Shown piece after piece: positions 32,197-45,016 of a stretch of 64,000 nt of DNA. This stretch comes from Dehalococcoidia bacterium (GTDB lineage Bacteria; Chloroflexota; Dehalococcoidia; UBA2979). The stretch covers positions 736,001 to 800,000 of the forward strand of contig OZ244720.1 of the NCBI GenBank assembly GCA_965219085.1, written 5' to 3'. Below the pieces are notes generated by a model. The model was not told where the DNA came from. It was given only the letters and a program-made list of their open reading frames with translations, and ran no database searches. A program made the translations under genes and the position numbers. The first letter of the stretch is position 1. Each line of letters opens with the position of its first letter.

Positions 32197-32890
32197 AGCA
32201 GCACAGCTCCAGCAGCGCGCTCGACCGGCGTCGCGAGGCGAGTGGCATCCGCGCACGCGGCGGCCAGCGCCGAGGCGCGGGCGCCCGCTCCGCGCTCCGG
32301 CACGCGCAGCCGGTCGGCCCTGACGACCATCTCCGCGAGGTAGGTCCGCGTGTAGGCCGCGCCCGAGGCCTCGGAGTCGCCCATCGTCATCTCGAGGAAA
32401 CCCCTGAGCGTCGTCCTGAGCGACTGGGGCGCGCCGATGCACCGCAGGTAGTCGCCGAAGGTCTCCTCCCCGTCGAGCTCCGCGAGGCGGCTCCCGCTGG
32501 CGAAACCGAGGGACTGCCGCTCGGCGAACAGCCCCCGGAACAGCCGGGCGGCGGGCCGGGGCGCACGGCGTGAGAGCAGGCCCAACGCCCGCTGCCGGGA
32601 GGTTGCGGAGCAGGTTGGCCGGGGAGAGGCGGGGCGTCATCGTCACCCAGCGGCCGCCGCGGTACCAGCCGAGCCGCATCTTCGACGGAAGGAGCGGCAG
32701 ACCGAGTTCGCCGCAGATGCGGAAGGCGACATCGTAGGAGGAGCAGAAGAAGTCGGCGCCGGTGTCGATGGAGAAGCCGTGCACCTCGTCGCTGCGGAGG
32801 CGCCCGCCCACTCGGTCGCCAGCCTCGAGCAGGAGCACTTCGAGACCGCGCCGCCTGAGGGTGTAGGCGGCGGCCAGCCCACATACAGCG
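32197..32890 (-). pseudogene. FAD-dependent amine/protoporphyrinogen oxidase-like fragment
   Basis: GLAAAY..LLEAGDRVGGRLRS..IDTGA; frameshifts; truncated by IS1380. Confidence 0.7.
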
Positions 32891-32945
32891 AGTGTATCTG
32901 CGAGCGGGTATCAATCTATACGACCTCTCGACCGACTGCCCCCTG

Positions 32946-34655
32946 CTATTCCCTATCCTTCAGGAAGTCTGACAGGCCGTCCATAGTGATCGTGGCCCGG
33001 CCGCCAGTTGCATGATAGAAATTGCTGGCTCCCTGGAGCAACATGTGGTCACGATCACCTGGGTGGCTTTGCCAGGATACGTCGTAGCTCAAGCGGTCCA
33101 ATATCGCGGGGGTCGCCGAATAATCCGTACCGACCAGCAAGACTACTGCAGCGCGAAAGTCCTTCTGAGCCTTGGAAGTCTCGGGAACTCGTGGCCCATG
33201 CTCAGCGATGATGTCATCAATCGTATACGCCTCGAACCCACTGGCGGTGAACACACGATACCCATTGTCATCCTCAATGACATTGCCTTCCTCGCCCCAC
33301 AGCCATTCGCCGTTCACCGCAATTCGGAAGTCCGGGACGTCCTCTGGAGGTATGAGGCCCGCCAGATACAACTCTATGGGGCAGTACACGTAGAGACTTG
33401 GGCTGAATTCGTGTGAATACCTCCCGTCACCGAGATCTATCATCGTGGAAATGTTATACCCGTCCAGAATGCAGTGGTCGTTGATGAATCCCCAATGTGG
33501 ATAGGGTGGCACGACGAAGTTCGCCCACCGATGCATTAACTCGTGGAGAAGAACACCATTGACAAAGTCTCCCCCCCAACTGTAATCGTAAGTATTAATG
33601 TAGATCACACCCTGAAGCTCTTTCGCGGACTCCCATCTCTGGCCTTCGGCGAAAATCAGCTGCCCAACTCCCTTTACATCGTTCTTTACCCCAACGTAGT
33701 AGGCACCGTGAGGAACACCCGGCTCAAGCCGGTCACTGGTCAAGTTGGCCACAAATACTAGAAAATCGAACTCATCGTTGAAGTATTCATAGAAACGTGC
33801 TGCGTATTCTGTCAACGGCACATCACGTCCACCATAGGCGAGGTCTTCCTCGACGGGTAGGACGAACACATTGTCGTTGTATATCTGCGGGCCTGCAACA
33901 GCGATAGACGGAGGGACGGGCGTGGGCGTGGGCGTAGGGACGGGTGTGGGCGTTGCAGCAGGGACGGGCGTGGCCGTGGGCGTAGGGACGGGTGTGGGCG
34001 TTGCAGCAGGGACGGGCGTGGCCGTGGGCGTCAGCGTTGGTTCTGGCGTGGGAGTTGCGGTCGGGCGTGCCGTGGGCGTAGGGACGGGTGTAGGCGTTGC
34101 AGCAGGGACGGGCGTGGCCGTGGGCGTCAGCGTTGGTTCTGGCGTGGGAGTTGCGGTCGGGCGTGCCGTGGGCGTAGGGACGGGTGTAGGCGTTGCAGCA
34201 GGGACGGGCGTGGCCGTGGAGGTCGGGACAGCGGTGGGCCTTGCAGTAGGTACGGGCGTGGCCGTGGGCGTCAGCGTTGGTTCTGGCGTGGGAGTTGCGG
34301 TCGGAGTGGCGGTCGGCGCGGTCGGTGTCGGGGTCGGCGTGTCGGTCGGGATGGGCGTAGGAGTCGGCGTTGCCGTAGATGCAGCGGTCGGTGTGTCGAT
34401 TGGTGAGGGCGTGGGGGTCGCCGTTGCGGTCGGTGTCGGTTCGCGGGTAGTCGCCTCGGTGGGCGTCACAAGGGGGGCTGACGCTTCCTCCGACTCGGAC
34501 CTACAGGCGACAGCGACGAGCACGAGCAAGACGCCCACCAGACCAGGGACGGAACGTACCGCTAGAGTTCGTAGCGGCGAACTCCCCGGGCGGGGGCGTG
34601 GCTTCGCCAGTTGTATCTTCGCCCCAAGCATTCGACGGGCCTGTTGGCTCCTCAT
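32946..34655 (-). CDS. lipoprotein with Pro/Thr linker and zincin metalloprotease-like domain
   Basis: LVAVAC lipobox, PT repeats, [13 protein letters not shown]. Confidence 0.75.
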   Translation of the reverse strand: MRSQQARRMLGAKIQLAKPRPRPGSSPLRTLAVRSVPGLVGVLLVLVAVACRSESEEASAPLVTPTEATTREPTPTATATPTPSPIDTPTAASTATPTPTPIPTDTPTPTPTAPTATPTATPTPEPTLTPTATPVPTARPTAVPTSTATPVPAATPTPVPTPTARPTATPTPEPTLTPTATPVPAATPTPVPTPTARPTATPTPEPTLTPTATPVPAATPTPVPTPTATPVPAATPTPVPTPTPTPVPPSIAVAGPQIYNDNVFVLPVEEDLAYGGRDVPLTEYAARFYEYFNDEFDFLVFVANLTSDRLEPGVPHGAYYVGVKNDVKGVGQLIFAEGQRWESAKELQGVIYINTYDYSWGGDFVNGVLLHELMHRWANFVVPPYPHWGFINDHCILDGYNISTMIDLGDGRYSHEFSPSLYVYCPIELYLAGLIPPEDVPDFRIAVNGEWLWGEEGNVIEDDNGYRVFTASGFEAYTIDDIIAEHGPRVPETSKAQKDFRAAVVLLVGTDYSATPAILDRLSYDVSWQSHPGDRDHMLLQGASNFYHATGGRATITMDGLSDFLKDRE

Positions 34656-36745
34656 CCCTCGACCTTTGGATTAGGTGGGTTAGCTTGGTCATAATTGCTG
34701 CTGCCCCAGCATCCGACGGCGCCGTCGGTCCTCACCCCGCAGGTGTGGAGCCACCCGGCGCTGACCGAAGTGAACTCCCCCGGCGGTGGCGTGGCTTGAC
34801 CAACAACATTGCCGCCGAAATCATCATTGGAGCCCCAGCATTCGACGGCGCCGTCGGTCCTCACCCCGCAGCTGTGGAGCGCCCCGGCGCTGACCGAGGC
34901 GAACTCCCTCGGCGGTGGAGTGGCCTGGCCAACAACATTGCCGTCCTCATCCTCGTTTAACCCCCAGCATTGGACGGAGCCGTCGATGCTTACCCCGCAG
35001 GTGTGGAACCACCCGGCGCTGACCGAGGCGAACTCCCCGGACGGCGGCGTGGCCTGACCAACTACATTGCCGTCATCATCCTCGTTGAGTCCCCAGCATT
35101 CGACGGCGCCGTCGGTCCTCACGCCGCAGGTGTGGAGCGCCCCGGCGCTGACCGAGGCGAACTCCCCGGACGGCGGCGTGGCCTGGCCAGCAACATTGCC
35201 GTCCGGATCCTCGTTGAATCCCCAGCATTCGACGGAGCCGTCGATGCTTACCCCGCAGGTGTGGAACGCCCCGGCGCTGACCGAGGCGAAGGAACCTCCG
35301 GGCGGCGTGGCTTGACCATCCTCGTTTAACCCCCAGCATTCGACGGCGCCGTCGGTCCTCACCCCGCAGGTGTGGGCGGCCCCGGCGCTGACCGAGGCGA
35401 ACTCCCCGGACGGCGGCGTGGCTTGACCATCCTTGTTGAATCCCCAGCACTCGACGGCGCCGTCGATACTTACCCCGCAGGTGTGGAACACCCCGGCGCT
35501 GACCGAGATGAACTCCGCTTGCGCCGCTCTGGCATCTCTTCGCGGAGCCGTCAGCCCGCGGGCCTGTTTACCCCAGCATTCGACGGAGCCGTCGGTCCTC
35601 ACACCGCAGGTGTGTCTGTCCCCCGCGCTGACCGAGGCGAACTCCCCGGACGGCGGCGTGGCATACACGCTGGACCCCCAGCATTGGACGGAGCCGTCTG
35701 CCCTCACCCCGCAGGTGTGGCCACCCCCGGCGCTGACCGAGGAGAATTCCCCCGACGGCGGGGTGGCTTGACCAACAGTATTGGCTCCCCAGCATTCGAC
35801 GGAGCCGTCGGTCCTCACCCCGCAGGTGTGGAATAATCCAGCGCTGACCGAGGCGAACTCCCCGGACGGGGGCGCGGCCTGTCCATGTCCGTCCCAGCCC
35901 CAGCACTGGACGGAGCCGTCGGTCCTCACCCCGCAGGTGCGGCCACCCCAGGCGCTGACCGAGGCGAACTCGCCGGACGGCGGCGTGGCCTCGCCATACA
36001 CGCTGGACCCCCAGCATTGGACGGAGCCGTCTGCCCTCACCCCGCAGGTGTGGCCACCCCCGGCGCTGACTGAGGAGAATTCCCCGGACGGCGGGGTGGC
36101 CTGCCCAGATCTGTCCGAGCCCCAGCATTCGACGGAGCCGTCGGTCCTCACTCCGCAGGTGTGGTGGTTACCCGCGCTGACGGAGACAAACTCTCCGGAC
36201 GGGGGCGTGGCCTGGCCTAATGAATCGCTGCCCCAGCATTCTACGGAACCATCCCCCCTCACCCCGCAGGTGTGTCCTTCCCCCGCGCTGACGGAGGCGA
36301 ACTCCCGGGCGGACCTGGTCTTTGGTGCGGCGGCAGTCGCCGTGGCTGCGGGCGTTGCCGCTTCCGGTGCGGCGGCAGTCGCCGTGGCTGCGGGCGTTGC
36401 CGCTTCCGGTGCGGTGGCAGTCGCCGTGGCCGCGGGCGTTGCCGGGGTGGTTGGAAGAGCGGTAGGGGTGGGCGTTGCGGCTTCCGGTGCGGCGGTGTTT
36501 GTCACAGCCGATGTGGGAGCATGTGTTGGCTCAGGATTGGCCCCCTGCTCCGATGAGGTATTGGTCCTAGAATCGGCCCCGTTTGAGGGAATGGGATCTG
36601 GCTCATCAGAACACCCGACTAGCAGAATGGCGAGTGCCACGATGCCTAACAGCAGTCTGATGATCGCCTCTGACACTGCTTTCACGTCCTTAGTTTCGCT
36701 CACCTTCAAGCTCGTTCTCGTACAGGAGAACGTAGCGAGTGACAC
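34652..36745 (-). CDS. lipoprotein with 14 RCC1/BLIP-II-like repeats
   Basis: LLVGC lipobox; 14 x [22 protein letters not shown]. Confidence 0.9.
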   Translation of the reverse strand: MSLATFSCTRTSLKVSETKDVKAVSEAIIRLLLGIVALAILLVGCSDEPDPIPSNGADSRTNTSSEQGANPEPTHAPTSAVTNTAAPEAATPTPTALPTTPATPAATATATAPEAATPAATATAAAPEAATPAATATAAAPKTRSAREFASVSAGEGHTCGVRGDGSVECWGSDSLGQATPPSGEFVSVSAGNHHTCGVRTDGSVECWGSDRSGQATPPSGEFSSVSAGGGHTCGVRADGSVQCWGSSVYGEATPPSGEFASVSAWGGRTCGVRTDGSVQCWGWDGHGQAAPPSGEFASVSAGLFHTCGVRTDGSVECWGANTVGQATPPSGEFSSVSAGGGHTCGVRADGSVQCWGSSVYATPPSGEFASVSAGDRHTCGVRTDGSVECWGKQARGLTAPRRDARAAQAEFISVSAGVFHTCGVSIDGAVECWGFNKDGQATPPSGEFASVSAGAAHTCGVRTDGAVECWGLNEDGQATPPGGSFASVSAGAFHTCGVSIDGSVECWGFNEDPDGNVAGQATPPSGEFASVSAGALHTCGVRTDGAVECWGLNEDDDGNVVGQATPPSGEFASVSAGWFHTCGVSIDGSVQCWGLNEDEDGNVVGQATPPPREFASVSAGALHSCGVRTDGAVECWGSNDDFGGNVVGQATPPPGEFTSVSAGWLHTCGVRTDGAVGCWGSSNYDQANPPNPKVEG

Positions 36746-36769
36746 GCATGCCTATGATCCTCCTCATGC

Positions 36770-39700
36770 CTACCAGAACCCGCCGAGGATCCCGATGATG
36801 GCGCTCACCACGTCGCGCACGGCCCCGCCGATGTCGCCGAGGACGCCCCCAACAGCGGCAACCGTCGAGAACACCGCGTCAACCCCGAGGATGACGGTGT
36901 CGGCAACCAGTTCGGCGAGGTTGCAGACCAGGTCGGGATTCAGTTCGCACACCGCCGCCGCGACCAGGTTGACGAGGTCGCCCAGCGTGTCGGGCAGTGT
37001 TCCGCTCAACTGGTTGTCGTGCAGGGCGAGAATCTGCAGGTTGAAGAGCTTGCCCAGCTCGGGAGGCACCTCACCTTCAAGCTCGTTCTCGTACAGGAAC
37101 AGGGTTTCCAGCTTTGTGAGGTCGCCCACCTCGGGCGGAATCTCCCCGGAGAGCTCGTTCGCCTGGAGGGCCAGCACGTTCAGGCTGGAGAGCTTGCCCA
37201 GCTCCGGCGGTATCTTGCCGCTCAACTTGTTGTCGCCGAGCAGCAACAGCTCGAGGTTTGGGAGGTTGCCGAGTTCCGCGGGTATCCCGCCACTCAGCTC
37301 GTTGCCGGCGAGGAGCAGGCGGACCAGGTTGGAGAGCTTGCCGAGCTCCGCCGGGATCGCCCCGCTCAACTGGTTGTCATTGAGGTACAGCGCCTCCAGC
37401 TGCTCGAGGTCGGCCAGATCCGCGGGGAGTGCCCCGCTGAGCTGGTTGTCGCTGAGCTCGAGCTCGGTCACATGACCATTGCTATCGGTGGTGACGCCGT
37501 ACCACGAGGCGAGCGGGGCATCGCTCGCCCAGTTCGTGCGGTTCCGCCAGTGCCCGCCGTCCGTCGTGTTGTAGAGCGCGACGAGCGCGTCCCGCTGTGG
37601 CGACGCGGGGACGGCCCCGGTCTCACGGACCAGCGGCACCTCGATGATCGTGCTCTGGAGCCATTGGTTCACCCTTGCGGTCGTCGGGAAGAAGCGCGCC
37701 GGTGGGAGGACGCGCTCGCCCTCAACGGGGTTGAACCCGAACTCGATCCGTCCGTCCGCACGGAGCCGGGCGGTAATCCGGCCGACCATTTCTCCGTCCG
37801 ACGCCACTTCGGACGAGATCAGCCAGCGGCCCACCCGCGCATCAGTGGGGAAGAGGCGCCGGGTCGGCAGGATCAGCGCCTCGCCCTCGGGGCGGAAGCC
37901 GAACTCGACCTGGCCGGTGCTCAAGCGTCGCGCCAGGATCCGCCCCTCGACGCTCGCGGCCTCGCCTGTCTCGAGGCTTCCGGCGTGGGCCGCCGACGAG
38001 ATCGCGGGCACGGCGCCGATGAGCAGCGCGGGCGTGCCACTGTCGATCCCGGAGCAACCGAAGCTGTTGCAGGCGACGACCCAGTAGTAGTTGCGGCTGG
38101 CATTGGGGTCGGCGTGCGTGTAGCTGGCGCCGGTGAGGCCGGTCGCGAGCTCGTCGCAGAAGGAGGGGCGGCCGAAGCTGATGCGGCAACTCGATCCGAA
38201 GAAGTCGTCGTAGTAGACGGTGTAGGAGGCGGCGTCGGGGGAGGCGTCCCAGCTGACGGCGACCGTCGAGCCGTCATGTTCGTAGCGCTGGTTGGCGGGG
38301 GCCTGCGGCGGCGCGCCGGCGAGCTGGGCGGGGTTGGCGCTGTCGATCTCCGAGCAGCCGTAGTTGTTGCAGGCGACGACCCAGTAGTAGTTGTCGTTCC
38401 TATCGGGGCTGGTGTGGGTGTAGCTGGCGCCGGTGAGGTCGGTGGCGAGTTCCTCGCAGAAGCTCCGGCGGCCGAAGCTGATGTTGCAGCTGGAGGAGTG
38501 GAAGTCGTCGTAGTAGACGGTGTAGCTGTCGGCCCCCGGGGAGGCGTCCCACGTGACGACGATGGCCGAGCCGTCGTACTCGTAGCGCTGGTTGGCGGGG
38601 GCCTGCGGCGGTGCGCCGCCGAGCGCGGCGGGGTTGGCGCTGTCGATCCCGGAGCAGCCGTAGTCGTTGCAGGCGACCACCCAGTAGTAGTTGTCGTTCC
38701 TATCGGGGCTGGCGTGGGTGTAGCTGGCGCCGGTGAGGCCGGTCGCGAGTTCCTCGCAGAAGCTCGGGCGGCCGAAGCTGATGTTGCAGCTGGAGGAGTG
38801 GAAGTCGTCGTAGTAGACGGTGTAGCTGTCGGCCCCCGGGGAGGCGTCCCACGTGACGACGATGGCCGAGCCGTCGTACTCGTAGCGCTGGTTGGCGGGG
38901 GCCTGCGGCGGTGCGCCGCCGAGCGCGGCGGGGTTGGCGCTGTCGATCCCGGAGCAGCCGTAGTCGTTGCAGGCGACCACCCAGTAGTAGTTGTCGTTCC
39001 TATCGGGGCTGGCGTGGGTGTAGCTGGCGCCGGTGAGGCCGGTCGCGAGTTCCTCGCAGAAGCTCGGGCGGCCGAAGCTGATGTTGCAGCTGGAGGAGTG
39101 GAAGTCGTCGTAGTAGACGGTGTAGCTGTCGGCCCCCGGGGAGGCGTCCCACGTGACGACGATGGCCGAGCCCTCGTACTCGTAGCGCTGGTTGGCGGGG
39201 GCCTGCGGCGGCGCGCCGGCGAGCTGGGCGGGGTTGGCGCTGTCGATCTCCGAGCAGCCGTAGTTGTTGCAGGCGACGACCCAGTAGTAGTTGCGGCTCG
39301 CATTGGGGTCGGCGTGCGTGTAGTTGGTGCCGACCAGGTCGGTGGCGAGTTCCTCGCAGAAGCTCGGGCGGCCGAAGCTGATGTTGCAGCTGGAGGCGAA
39401 GAAGTCGTCGTAGTAGACGGTGTAGGAGTCCGCATCCGCCGAGGCGTCCCAGGTGAGGGCGATGGCCGAGCCGTCGTACTCGTAGCGCTGGTTGGCGGGG
39501 GCCTGCGGCGGTGCGCCGCCGAGCCGGGCGGAGTTGGCGCTGTCGATCTCGGAGCAGCCGTAGTTGTTGCAGGCGACGACCCAGTAGTAGTTGTCGTCGT
39601 CGGGGCTGGTGTGGGTGTAGCTGGCGCCGGTGAGGCCGGTCGCGAGCTCCTCGCAGAAGCTCGGGCGGCCGAAGCTGATGTTGCAGCTGGAGGCGAAGAA

Positions 39701-41905
39701 GTCGTCGTAGTAGACGGTGTAGGAGTCCGCATCCGCCGAGGCGTCCCAGGTGAGGGCGATGGCCGAGCCGTCGTACTCGTAGCGCTGGTTGGCGGGGGCC
39801 TGCGGCGGTGCGCCGCCGAGCCGGGCGGGGTTGGCGCTGTCGATCCCGGAGCAGCCGTAGCTGTTGCAGGCGACGACCCAGTAGTAGTTGTCGTCCCTAT
39901 CGGGGCTGGTGTGGGTGTAGCTCGTTCCCCTGAGGTCGGTAGCCAGCTCCTCGCAGAAGCTCGGGCGGCCGAAGCTGATGTTGCAGCTCGAGGCGAAGAA
40001 GTCGTCGTAGTAGAGGGTGTAGCTGTCGGCCCCCGAGGAGGCGTCCCAACTGACGACGATGGCCGAGCCGTCGTACTCGTAGCGTTGATTGGCCGGGGTG
40101 TCGGGGGGTGTCCTCGCGCTCTCGGGAGATGGGATGACTTCCAGGGGCAGATCCTGCGAGCTTTCGAGTGCGTAGCCGCTGTGGTCGCGCGGCAGCGACG
40201 GCAGGGCGCCGATGTCGACGGCGACGGCGGATGTCGCCGGCTCCGTTCCTGAAACGGTGAGGGGTTCGCTCTCCAGCCTGCCGGCAGCGATCGTGATGGT
40301 CGTCGCGCCGCCCTCGATCACCCCGTTGGTGGCGATCACGGGGAGCACGACCGTGAACGGCGCTCCAGTCGGCGCGACCGCCTTGAACTGGCGATCCCCC
40401 ACACTCTCCAGGGAGACCGCGACAGGCAGTGGATCGACCGTGTTGGCCCCCACACGGAGCGTTCCCAGCTTCGTCAGTCCGCCGAAGATGCCGTCAGGCA
40501 ACGCGGGCAACAGGTTGTTCCGCAGATCGAGTGTTGTGAGCCTGATCAATTCGTCAAAGATGCCGCCGGGCAGGGTGCGCAATTGGTTGTTCTGCAGATC
40601 GAGTGTTGTGAGCACAATCAACTCGTCAAAGATGCCGTCTGGCAGCTGGGCCAATGAGTTCCCGCTGAGATAGAGGGCTCCGAGCGCGGTCAACTCGTCA
40701 AGGACTCCCGCCTGCAGCGTGGTCAACTCGTTGTCGTCAAGACGGAGAGCCTGCAGCGCGGTCAGCTCGTCGAACACGCCGTCCGGCAGAACGGTCAGCT
40801 GGTTACAATCGAGGCGGAGCAGTGTCAGGCGGGTCAACGAATCGAAGTCGTCGTCGGACACGCTGCTCAGCTCGTTGGAGTTGAGACCTAGCGCTACCAG
40901 CGCAGTCAGTTCGTCGAAGATGCCGTCTGGGAGGTTCTGCAACTGGTTGTTGTCCAGGCGGAGGTTCTTGAGCGAAGGCAGCCCGTCGAAGATGCCCTCA
41001 GGGAGGCTGCTCAGGTGGTTGTCCATCAAGGAGAGGGCCTCAAGCGAGATGAGCCCGTCAAAGTCGTGGACGCGCAGGCCTGTGATGCCCGCATCGTTCA
41101 GGTCGAGCGTCTCGACCGCCGCCAGGTGGGCCTCAGTGACATCGGCGCAAGCACTCACGGGCGATGCCGCCACAATCGCGTTGCGTACCTCGGGCGTGCG
41201 GTCACAGACCCCGGCGACCGCTTCCGCACTTGGCGTCGGCGTGGGAGTGGGCGTCGGCGTGGGAGTGGGCGTCGGCGTGGGAGTGGGCGTCGGCGTGGGA
41301 GTGGGCGTCGGCGTGGGAGTGGGCGTCGGCGTGGGAGTGGGCGTCGGCGTGGGAGTGGGCGTCGGCGTGGGAGTGGGCGTCGGCGTGGGAGTGGGCGTCG
41401 GCGTGGGAGTGGGCGTCGGCGTGGGAGTGGGCGTCGGCGTGGGAGTGGGCGTCGGCGTGGGTGTGGGTGTCGGTGTGGGTGTCGGTGTGGGTGTCGGTGT
41501 GGGTGTCGGTGTGGGTGTCGGTGTGGGTGTCGGCTCGGTTGAGTCGCCAGCGGTCTCGATGAGCCAGGTTCCATCGCCCTGTGCGCTCGCCACAAAGTTG
41601 TAGACCACACCGTTGATGGTCGAGTCCTCGATTGTGATGCTGTTCCCGCTGGTGAAGAAAAGGAAACGTCCACGCCCGGACGCGTCAACCGAGAACTCGA
41701 AGCTAGTACCCGGGTAGGTGCAGTTCTCGCCGGATTCGACGATCAGGCCAGCGTGGCACTCTCCTTGCGTGCCCTGAGCGCCCACATGTGCGCCCCCGGC
41801 CACGACGGGGAGGAGGACAGCGACAACAATCACCAGCATCCAGCCCAGGCGTCGGCCGGCAGCCAGCGAAGTTCGCCTGGCGCCGGGACTGGTCCAACTG
41901 GGCAT
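36770..41905 (-). CDS. secreted LRR + 7 Cys-containing FN3-like repeats + second LRR protein
   Basis: signal peptide, (PT)n linker, [12 protein letters not shown] LRRs, 100-aa repeats, LSGxIPxELGxL LRRs. Confidence 0.88.
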   Translation of the reverse strand: MPSWTSPGARRTSLAAGRRLGWMLVIVVAVLLPVVAGGAHVGAQGTQGECHAGLIVESGENCTYPGTSFEFSVDASGRGRFLFFTSGNSITIEDSTINGVVYNFVASAQGDGTWLIETAGDSTEPTPTPTPTPTPTPTPTPTPTPTPTPTPTPTPTPTPTPTPTPTPTPTPTPTPTPTPTPTPTPTPTPTPTPTPTPTPTPTPTPTPTPTPTPTPTPTPTPTPTPSAEAVAGVCDRTPEVRNAIVAASPVSACADVTEAHLAAVETLDLNDAGITGLRVHDFDGLISLEALSLMDNHLSSLPEGIFDGLPSLKNLRLDNNQLQNLPDGIFDELTALVALGLNSNELSSVSDDDFDSLTRLTLLRLDCNQLTVLPDGVFDELTALQALRLDDNELTTLQAGVLDELTALGALYLSGNSLAQLPDGIFDELIVLTTLDLQNNQLRTLPGGIFDELIRLTTLDLRNNLLPALPDGIFGGLTKLGTLRVGANTVDPLPVAVSLESVGDRQFKAVAPTGAPFTVVLPVIATNGVIEGGATTITIAAGRLESEPLTVSGTEPATSAVAVDIGALPSLPRDHSGYALESSQDLPLEVIPSPESARTPPDTPANQRYEYDGSAIVVSWDASSGADSYTLYYDDFFASSCNISFGRPSFCEELATDLRGTSYTHTSPDRDDNYYWVVACNSYGCSGIDSANPARLGGAPPQAPANQRYEYDGSAIALTWDASADADSYTVYYDDFFASSCNISFGRPSFCEELATGLTGASYTHTSPDDDNYYWVVACNNYGCSEIDSANSARLGGAPPQAPANQRYEYDGSAIALTWDASADADSYTVYYDDFFASSCNISFGRPSFCEELATDLVGTNYTHADPNASRNYYWVVACNNYGCSEIDSANPAQLAGAPPQAPANQRYEYEGSAIVVTWDASPGADSYTVYYDDFHSSSCNISFGRPSFCEELATGLTGASYTHASPDRNDNYYWVVACNDYGCSGIDSANPAALGGAPPQAPANQRYEYDGSAIVVTWDASPGADSYTVYYDDFHSSSCNISFGRPSFCEELATGLTGASYTHASPDRNDNYYWVVACNDYGCSGIDSANPAALGGAPPQAPANQRYEYDGSAIVVTWDASPGADSYTVYYDDFHSSSCNISFGRRSFCEELATDLTGASYTHTSPDRNDNYYWVVACNNYGCSEIDSANPAQLAGAPPQAPANQRYEHDGSTVAVSWDASPDAASYTVYYDDFFGSSCRISFGRPSFCDELATGLTGASYTHADPNASRNYYWVVACNSFGCSGIDSGTPALLIGAVPAISSAAHAGSLETGEAASVEGRILARRLSTGQVEFGFRPEGEALILPTRRLFPTDARVGRWLISSEVASDGEMVGRITARLRADGRIEFGFNPVEGERVLPPARFFPTTARVNQWLQSTIIEVPLVRETGAVPASPQRDALVALYNTTDGGHWRNRTNWASDAPLASWYGVTTDSNGHVTELELSDNQLSGALPADLADLEQLEALYLNDNQLSGAIPAELGKLSNLVRLLLAGNELSGGIPAELGNLPNLELLLLGDNKLSGKIPPELGKLSSLNVLALQANELSGEIPPEVGDLTKLETLFLYENELEGEVPPELGKLFNLQILALHDNQLSGTLPDTLGDLVNLVAAAVCELNPDLVCNLAELVADTVILGVDAVFSTVAAVGGVLGDIGGAVRDVVSAIIGILGGFW
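38030..40115 (-). repeat. seven ~300-bp tandem domain repeats
   Basis: near-identical recurring DNA at ~300-nt period. Confidence 0.9.
41232..41533. repeat. Pro-Thr minisatellite (18-nt unit, then 12-nt unit)
   Basis: GGCGTCGGCGTGGGAGTG x~13, then GGTGTGGGTGTC x~6. Confidence 0.95.
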
Positions 41906-41987
41906 CACGATGGTCCCAAACTTCTCTGCGTTTCTTCGCGTGAATGTCCTCTCCCTCGCCCGAGGACTCTCATCAGCGATGGTCTCA

Positions 41988-44429
41988 TCAGGGGGCGACC
42001 CGGGCGGGGTTGGCGCTGTCGATCTCGGAGCAGCCGAAGCGGTTGCAGGCCACGACCCAGTAGTAGTTGTCCCTGGCATCCGGATCGGCGTGCGTAAACG
42101 TTGTGACAGTGAGGTCGGTGGCGAGTTCATCGCAGAAGCTCGGGCCGCCGAAGTACAGGCTGCAACTCGAGCCGGAAAAGTCGTCGTAGTAGACCGTGTA
42201 GGAATCGGCGTCCGAGGTCGCACCCCAGGTGAGGACGATCGCCGCGCCGTCGTACTCGTAGCGTTGATTGGCGGGGGCGTCAGGCGGGGAGCCGCCGAGC
42301 TGGGCCGGGTTGGTGCTGTCGATCGCGGAGCAGCCGAAGCGGTTGCAGGCCACGACCCAGTAATAGTGCTCGTCGGGGTCGGGCCGGACATGGGTGTAGC
42401 TGGCGCCGCTCAGGTTGGTAGCCAGTTCCTCGCAGAAGCTGGGGCCGCGCGAGCCGAGCCGGCAATTCGAGTCGAAGAAGTCGTCGTAGTAGACCGTGTA
42501 GGAACCGGCGCCCGAGGACGCGTCCCAGCTGAGGACGACAGCGGCGCCGTCGTACTCGAAGCGCTGATTGGCCGGCGGTTCGGGCGGGGAGCCGCTCGGC
42601 GTCGCCGGTTGGGCGTTGGTAGCCCCGTCGGCTCGCACGTACCGACCGTGCGCGGCGTCGTACACGTACTCGCCGACACTTGTCGGCTCAGACTCGTCGA
42701 AGAAGCGAAGGTGGGTGATTTGCCGACCGCCCCACGAGGACCAGGATGAGGTGCGCTTCTGGCAGACCCGTTCGGATGTGAAGTTCGTGAGTCGGCCCAG
42801 GTCCTGAGTCTTGATGTAGATGCGGCTGCCACGCTCCGCCTCGGCACCGGCGAACTCGCAGCCCTTCACGGTACCGAGCAGCACGTACGTGACCACGCCC
42901 GCATTGGAATCCGTCGTGTACCTCGAAGGCACCCCCCAGACGCTGCCTCCGGTCCGCAGGGTCACGGCGGTGTACCCGGCGGGCGTCGAGGCCTCGAAGT
43001 CGATGCGTTGGGCGGACGGGGCCTCGGGTGGCGTGTCGGCACCCGAGGCTCGCGCGTCGGTGACCTCGCCGGTGTCGGGAGCCCTGGTGTCGGGGGCGTC
43101 ACCCATCGCAGTGACCGTGAGGGTGTAGGAGCCTGTAGCGCTGGCCCAGCCTGCCACCGCAACGTAGTGAGTACCGGACTCGGCGGCCGTCCAGCTGATG
43201 CGTGACCCGAAGGATTCCCCGCCGTCGTCGTCGAAGTCCAACTGCCGCGAATCGGAGTCATACAGGGCCGCAACCGAGTCGTCCAGAGTTCCCAGATCCA
43301 CGTCGATCCGGTACGTCTGTCCGCGCTCCGCAGCGAAGGCGAAGTAGTCGACGTCTCTCCCGTGGCCCACCATACCGGTCACTGCATCCCCGACCGTTGC
43401 GAAGGTGGCCTCGTCGGCTGAGTCTCCGTGGTCGTCCCTGGTGTCTGGAGCCCTGGTGTCGGGGGCGTCACGGATCGCAGTGACCGTGGGGCGTGGGGCG
43501 ACAGGAACCGGGGCGACCCCCTCAGACAGGTCGTCCTCGTCCTCAAACAGGTCGTCTTCGTCAGCTGAGGCGGTCACGATGACGAAGTCCCCGTCAAGCT
43601 CGACGTCATCGATGTCAAACTCGAACGAGCTGTCCTCCTCGAGCTGGCTTTCCAGCTCGTCCATCTCAGACTCGGCAGTCCGTTCGTTGCGAAACAGGGC
43701 CGCGATTGTGATCTCGACCAGGTAGTCACTATCGCCTCTGCGGAGCGATACGCCGGCGGCACGGCAGCCACGGATTTCGTAGCCCAGGCATTCCTCCTGT
43801 GCGGAGGAGATCCAGCCTTCCCCTGCTCTCTTCAGAGCCCTTCCCAAGTCGCTGTCCGCGTCGTCCAACAGGGATCCGGAGCCGCTGTCGAGCATCCTCA
43901 ACACGCGCTTGACGGCCTCGGCATCTCCAATGACCATCCGACCTCGGTCCTCAAAGAGCGCGACCGACTCGTGGCGCCACGCTGCTCCCTCCCACAGTTC
44001 GGACCCCCGGTACTGGTCGTCGTCATAGTCGCCGTCCTCGAGTTGGTCCCTGACGTGCAAAAAATCGATGTCGCCCTCAACCACGAGCAGATGCCAATCA
44101 TCCCCGGAGGCGACGACAAGCGTCGTGAGCTCGTCCGTCAGGACTCCCATCTCCTCAAGGCCGTACTCGCTCAAGTCTTCAAATTCGTCCCTGAGTGCTC
44201 TGGGTGCTCTGGGTGCTTCTTCTCGCCTAATCTGATCGAGGTCATAGACCACGACGTTTTCGGAATCGGCGGGGACGAGCGCCAGGATCGCGGCCGACTC
44301 GGAGCTTCCACCTCCTCCTGTCGCGCACGCTTGTACGAACGCGGCCGCGAGGAGCAAAGCGGCAAGGAAGCGCAGGGACGGGACCTGTGAACCCGCGTCG
44401 TGCCCTGTTGCCATGGTGGTCATCGGCAT
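41988..44429 (-). CDS. lipoprotein with PPC domain and two Cys-FN3-like repeats
   Basis: FVQAC lipobox, DDHGDS..DVDYFAF..DDGG, repeats shared with the downstream gene. Confidence 0.85.
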   Translation of the reverse strand: MPMTTMATGHDAGSQVPSLRFLAALLLAAAFVQACATGGGGSSESAAILALVPADSENVVVYDLDQIRREEAPRAPRALRDEFEDLSEYGLEEMGVLTDELTTLVVASGDDWHLLVVEGDIDFLHVRDQLEDGDYDDDQYRGSELWEGAAWRHESVALFEDRGRMVIGDAEAVKRVLRMLDSGSGSLLDDADSDLGRALKRAGEGWISSAQEECLGYEIRGCRAAGVSLRRGDSDYLVEITIAALFRNERTAESEMDELESQLEEDSSFEFDIDDVELDGDFVIVTASADEDDLFEDEDDLSEGVAPVPVAPRPTVTAIRDAPDTRAPDTRDDHGDSADEATFATVGDAVTGMVGHGRDVDYFAFAAERGQTYRIDVDLGTLDDSVAALYDSDSRQLDFDDDGGESFGSRISWTAAESGTHYVAVAGWASATGSYTLTVTAMGDAPDTRAPDTGEVTDARASGADTPPEAPSAQRIDFEASTPAGYTAVTLRTGGSVWGVPSRYTTDSNAGVVTYVLLGTVKGCEFAGAEAERGSRIYIKTQDLGRLTNFTSERVCQKRTSSWSSWGGRQITHLRFFDESEPTSVGEYVYDAAHGRYVRADGATNAQPATPSGSPPEPPANQRFEYDGAAVVLSWDASSGAGSYTVYYDDFFDSNCRLGSRGPSFCEELATNLSGASYTHVRPDPDEHYYWVVACNRFGCSAIDSTNPAQLGGSPPDAPANQRYEYDGAAIVLTWGATSDADSYTVYYDDFSGSSCSLYFGGPSFCDELATDLTVTTFTHADPDARDNYYWVVACNRFGCSEIDSANPARVAP

Positions 44430-44449
44430 CGGCGCTCTGTGTCATCCCT

Positions 44450-44506
44450 GGACCGTATGGAGTGACCGGCCCCGAGTTCGCAAACTCGCGGGTCATAGAC
44501 GCGAGG
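44450..44506 (+). mobile_element. IS110 left-end remnant
   Basis: GACCGTATGGAGTGACCGGCCCCGAGTTCGCAAACTCGCGGG nearly identical to 15258-15313. Confidence 0.8.
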
Positions 44507-44868
44507 GAGCCGCTCCTCTTCCCGCATGCGTGTCTGCATCGTCACGGCCCGATCCCGCCGCAAACAAGTGCCAGATGCCCTGGACGCTCGGGGCATTTGC
44601 CCTGTCAAGCGACAGCGGGTGCCTCCGAGTGGCGCGAGGACGCCGCTTACTACATGTCGTCGCGGCCAGCCTCGCAGGGTCGGGTGCCCTCGATGATCGG
44701 GCCGTGTCTGCGGCACGCCGCCAGTTGCTCAACTCCTGCAGCGAGCGGAGGTGTCCTACGGTGCGTCAGTCGTCCGGGCCGGAGCGGTAAGGTGATGGCG
44801 GCGTGGCCGGCGGCGACCCGACTCGCCACGTCAACTCGGGCATGCGCCCGTCGATCGTTCCGCCCTGG

Positions 44869-44985
44869 CTACGCACCGTCCTCGACGTAGTCGTCCAGCA
44901 GTCCGTTCCGTGCGGCCCAGAGCCCAGCTCCTGCATCGATCCGACCGCCAGCTTCGCTCGAATGCCGTACACGGCGTTCCGAGAT
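44869..44985 (-). pseudogene. LuxR-type regulator C-terminal remnant
   Basis: RNAVYGIRAKLAVGSMQEL..WAARNGLLDDY, paralogous to the two intact regulators. Confidence 0.7.
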
Positions 44986-45016
44986 GCGTTTGTCCGGTGA
45001 CACTCTCGTCTTCTTA

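Noticed and set aside
34690-36305. Diversity-generating retroelement behind the RCC1 variability
   Set aside because: No reverse transcriptase or non-coding template repeat in the window, and changes do not look adenine-specific.
34690-40115. Periodic repeats as a CRISPR array
   Set aside because: Units are in-frame ~111-bp and ~300-bp protein domains without unique spacers, and no cas genes are present.
41906-42391. N-terminal extension of the 1873-aa ORF
   Set aside because: It overlaps the upstream lipoprotein gene in another frame; the signal peptide begins near 41905.
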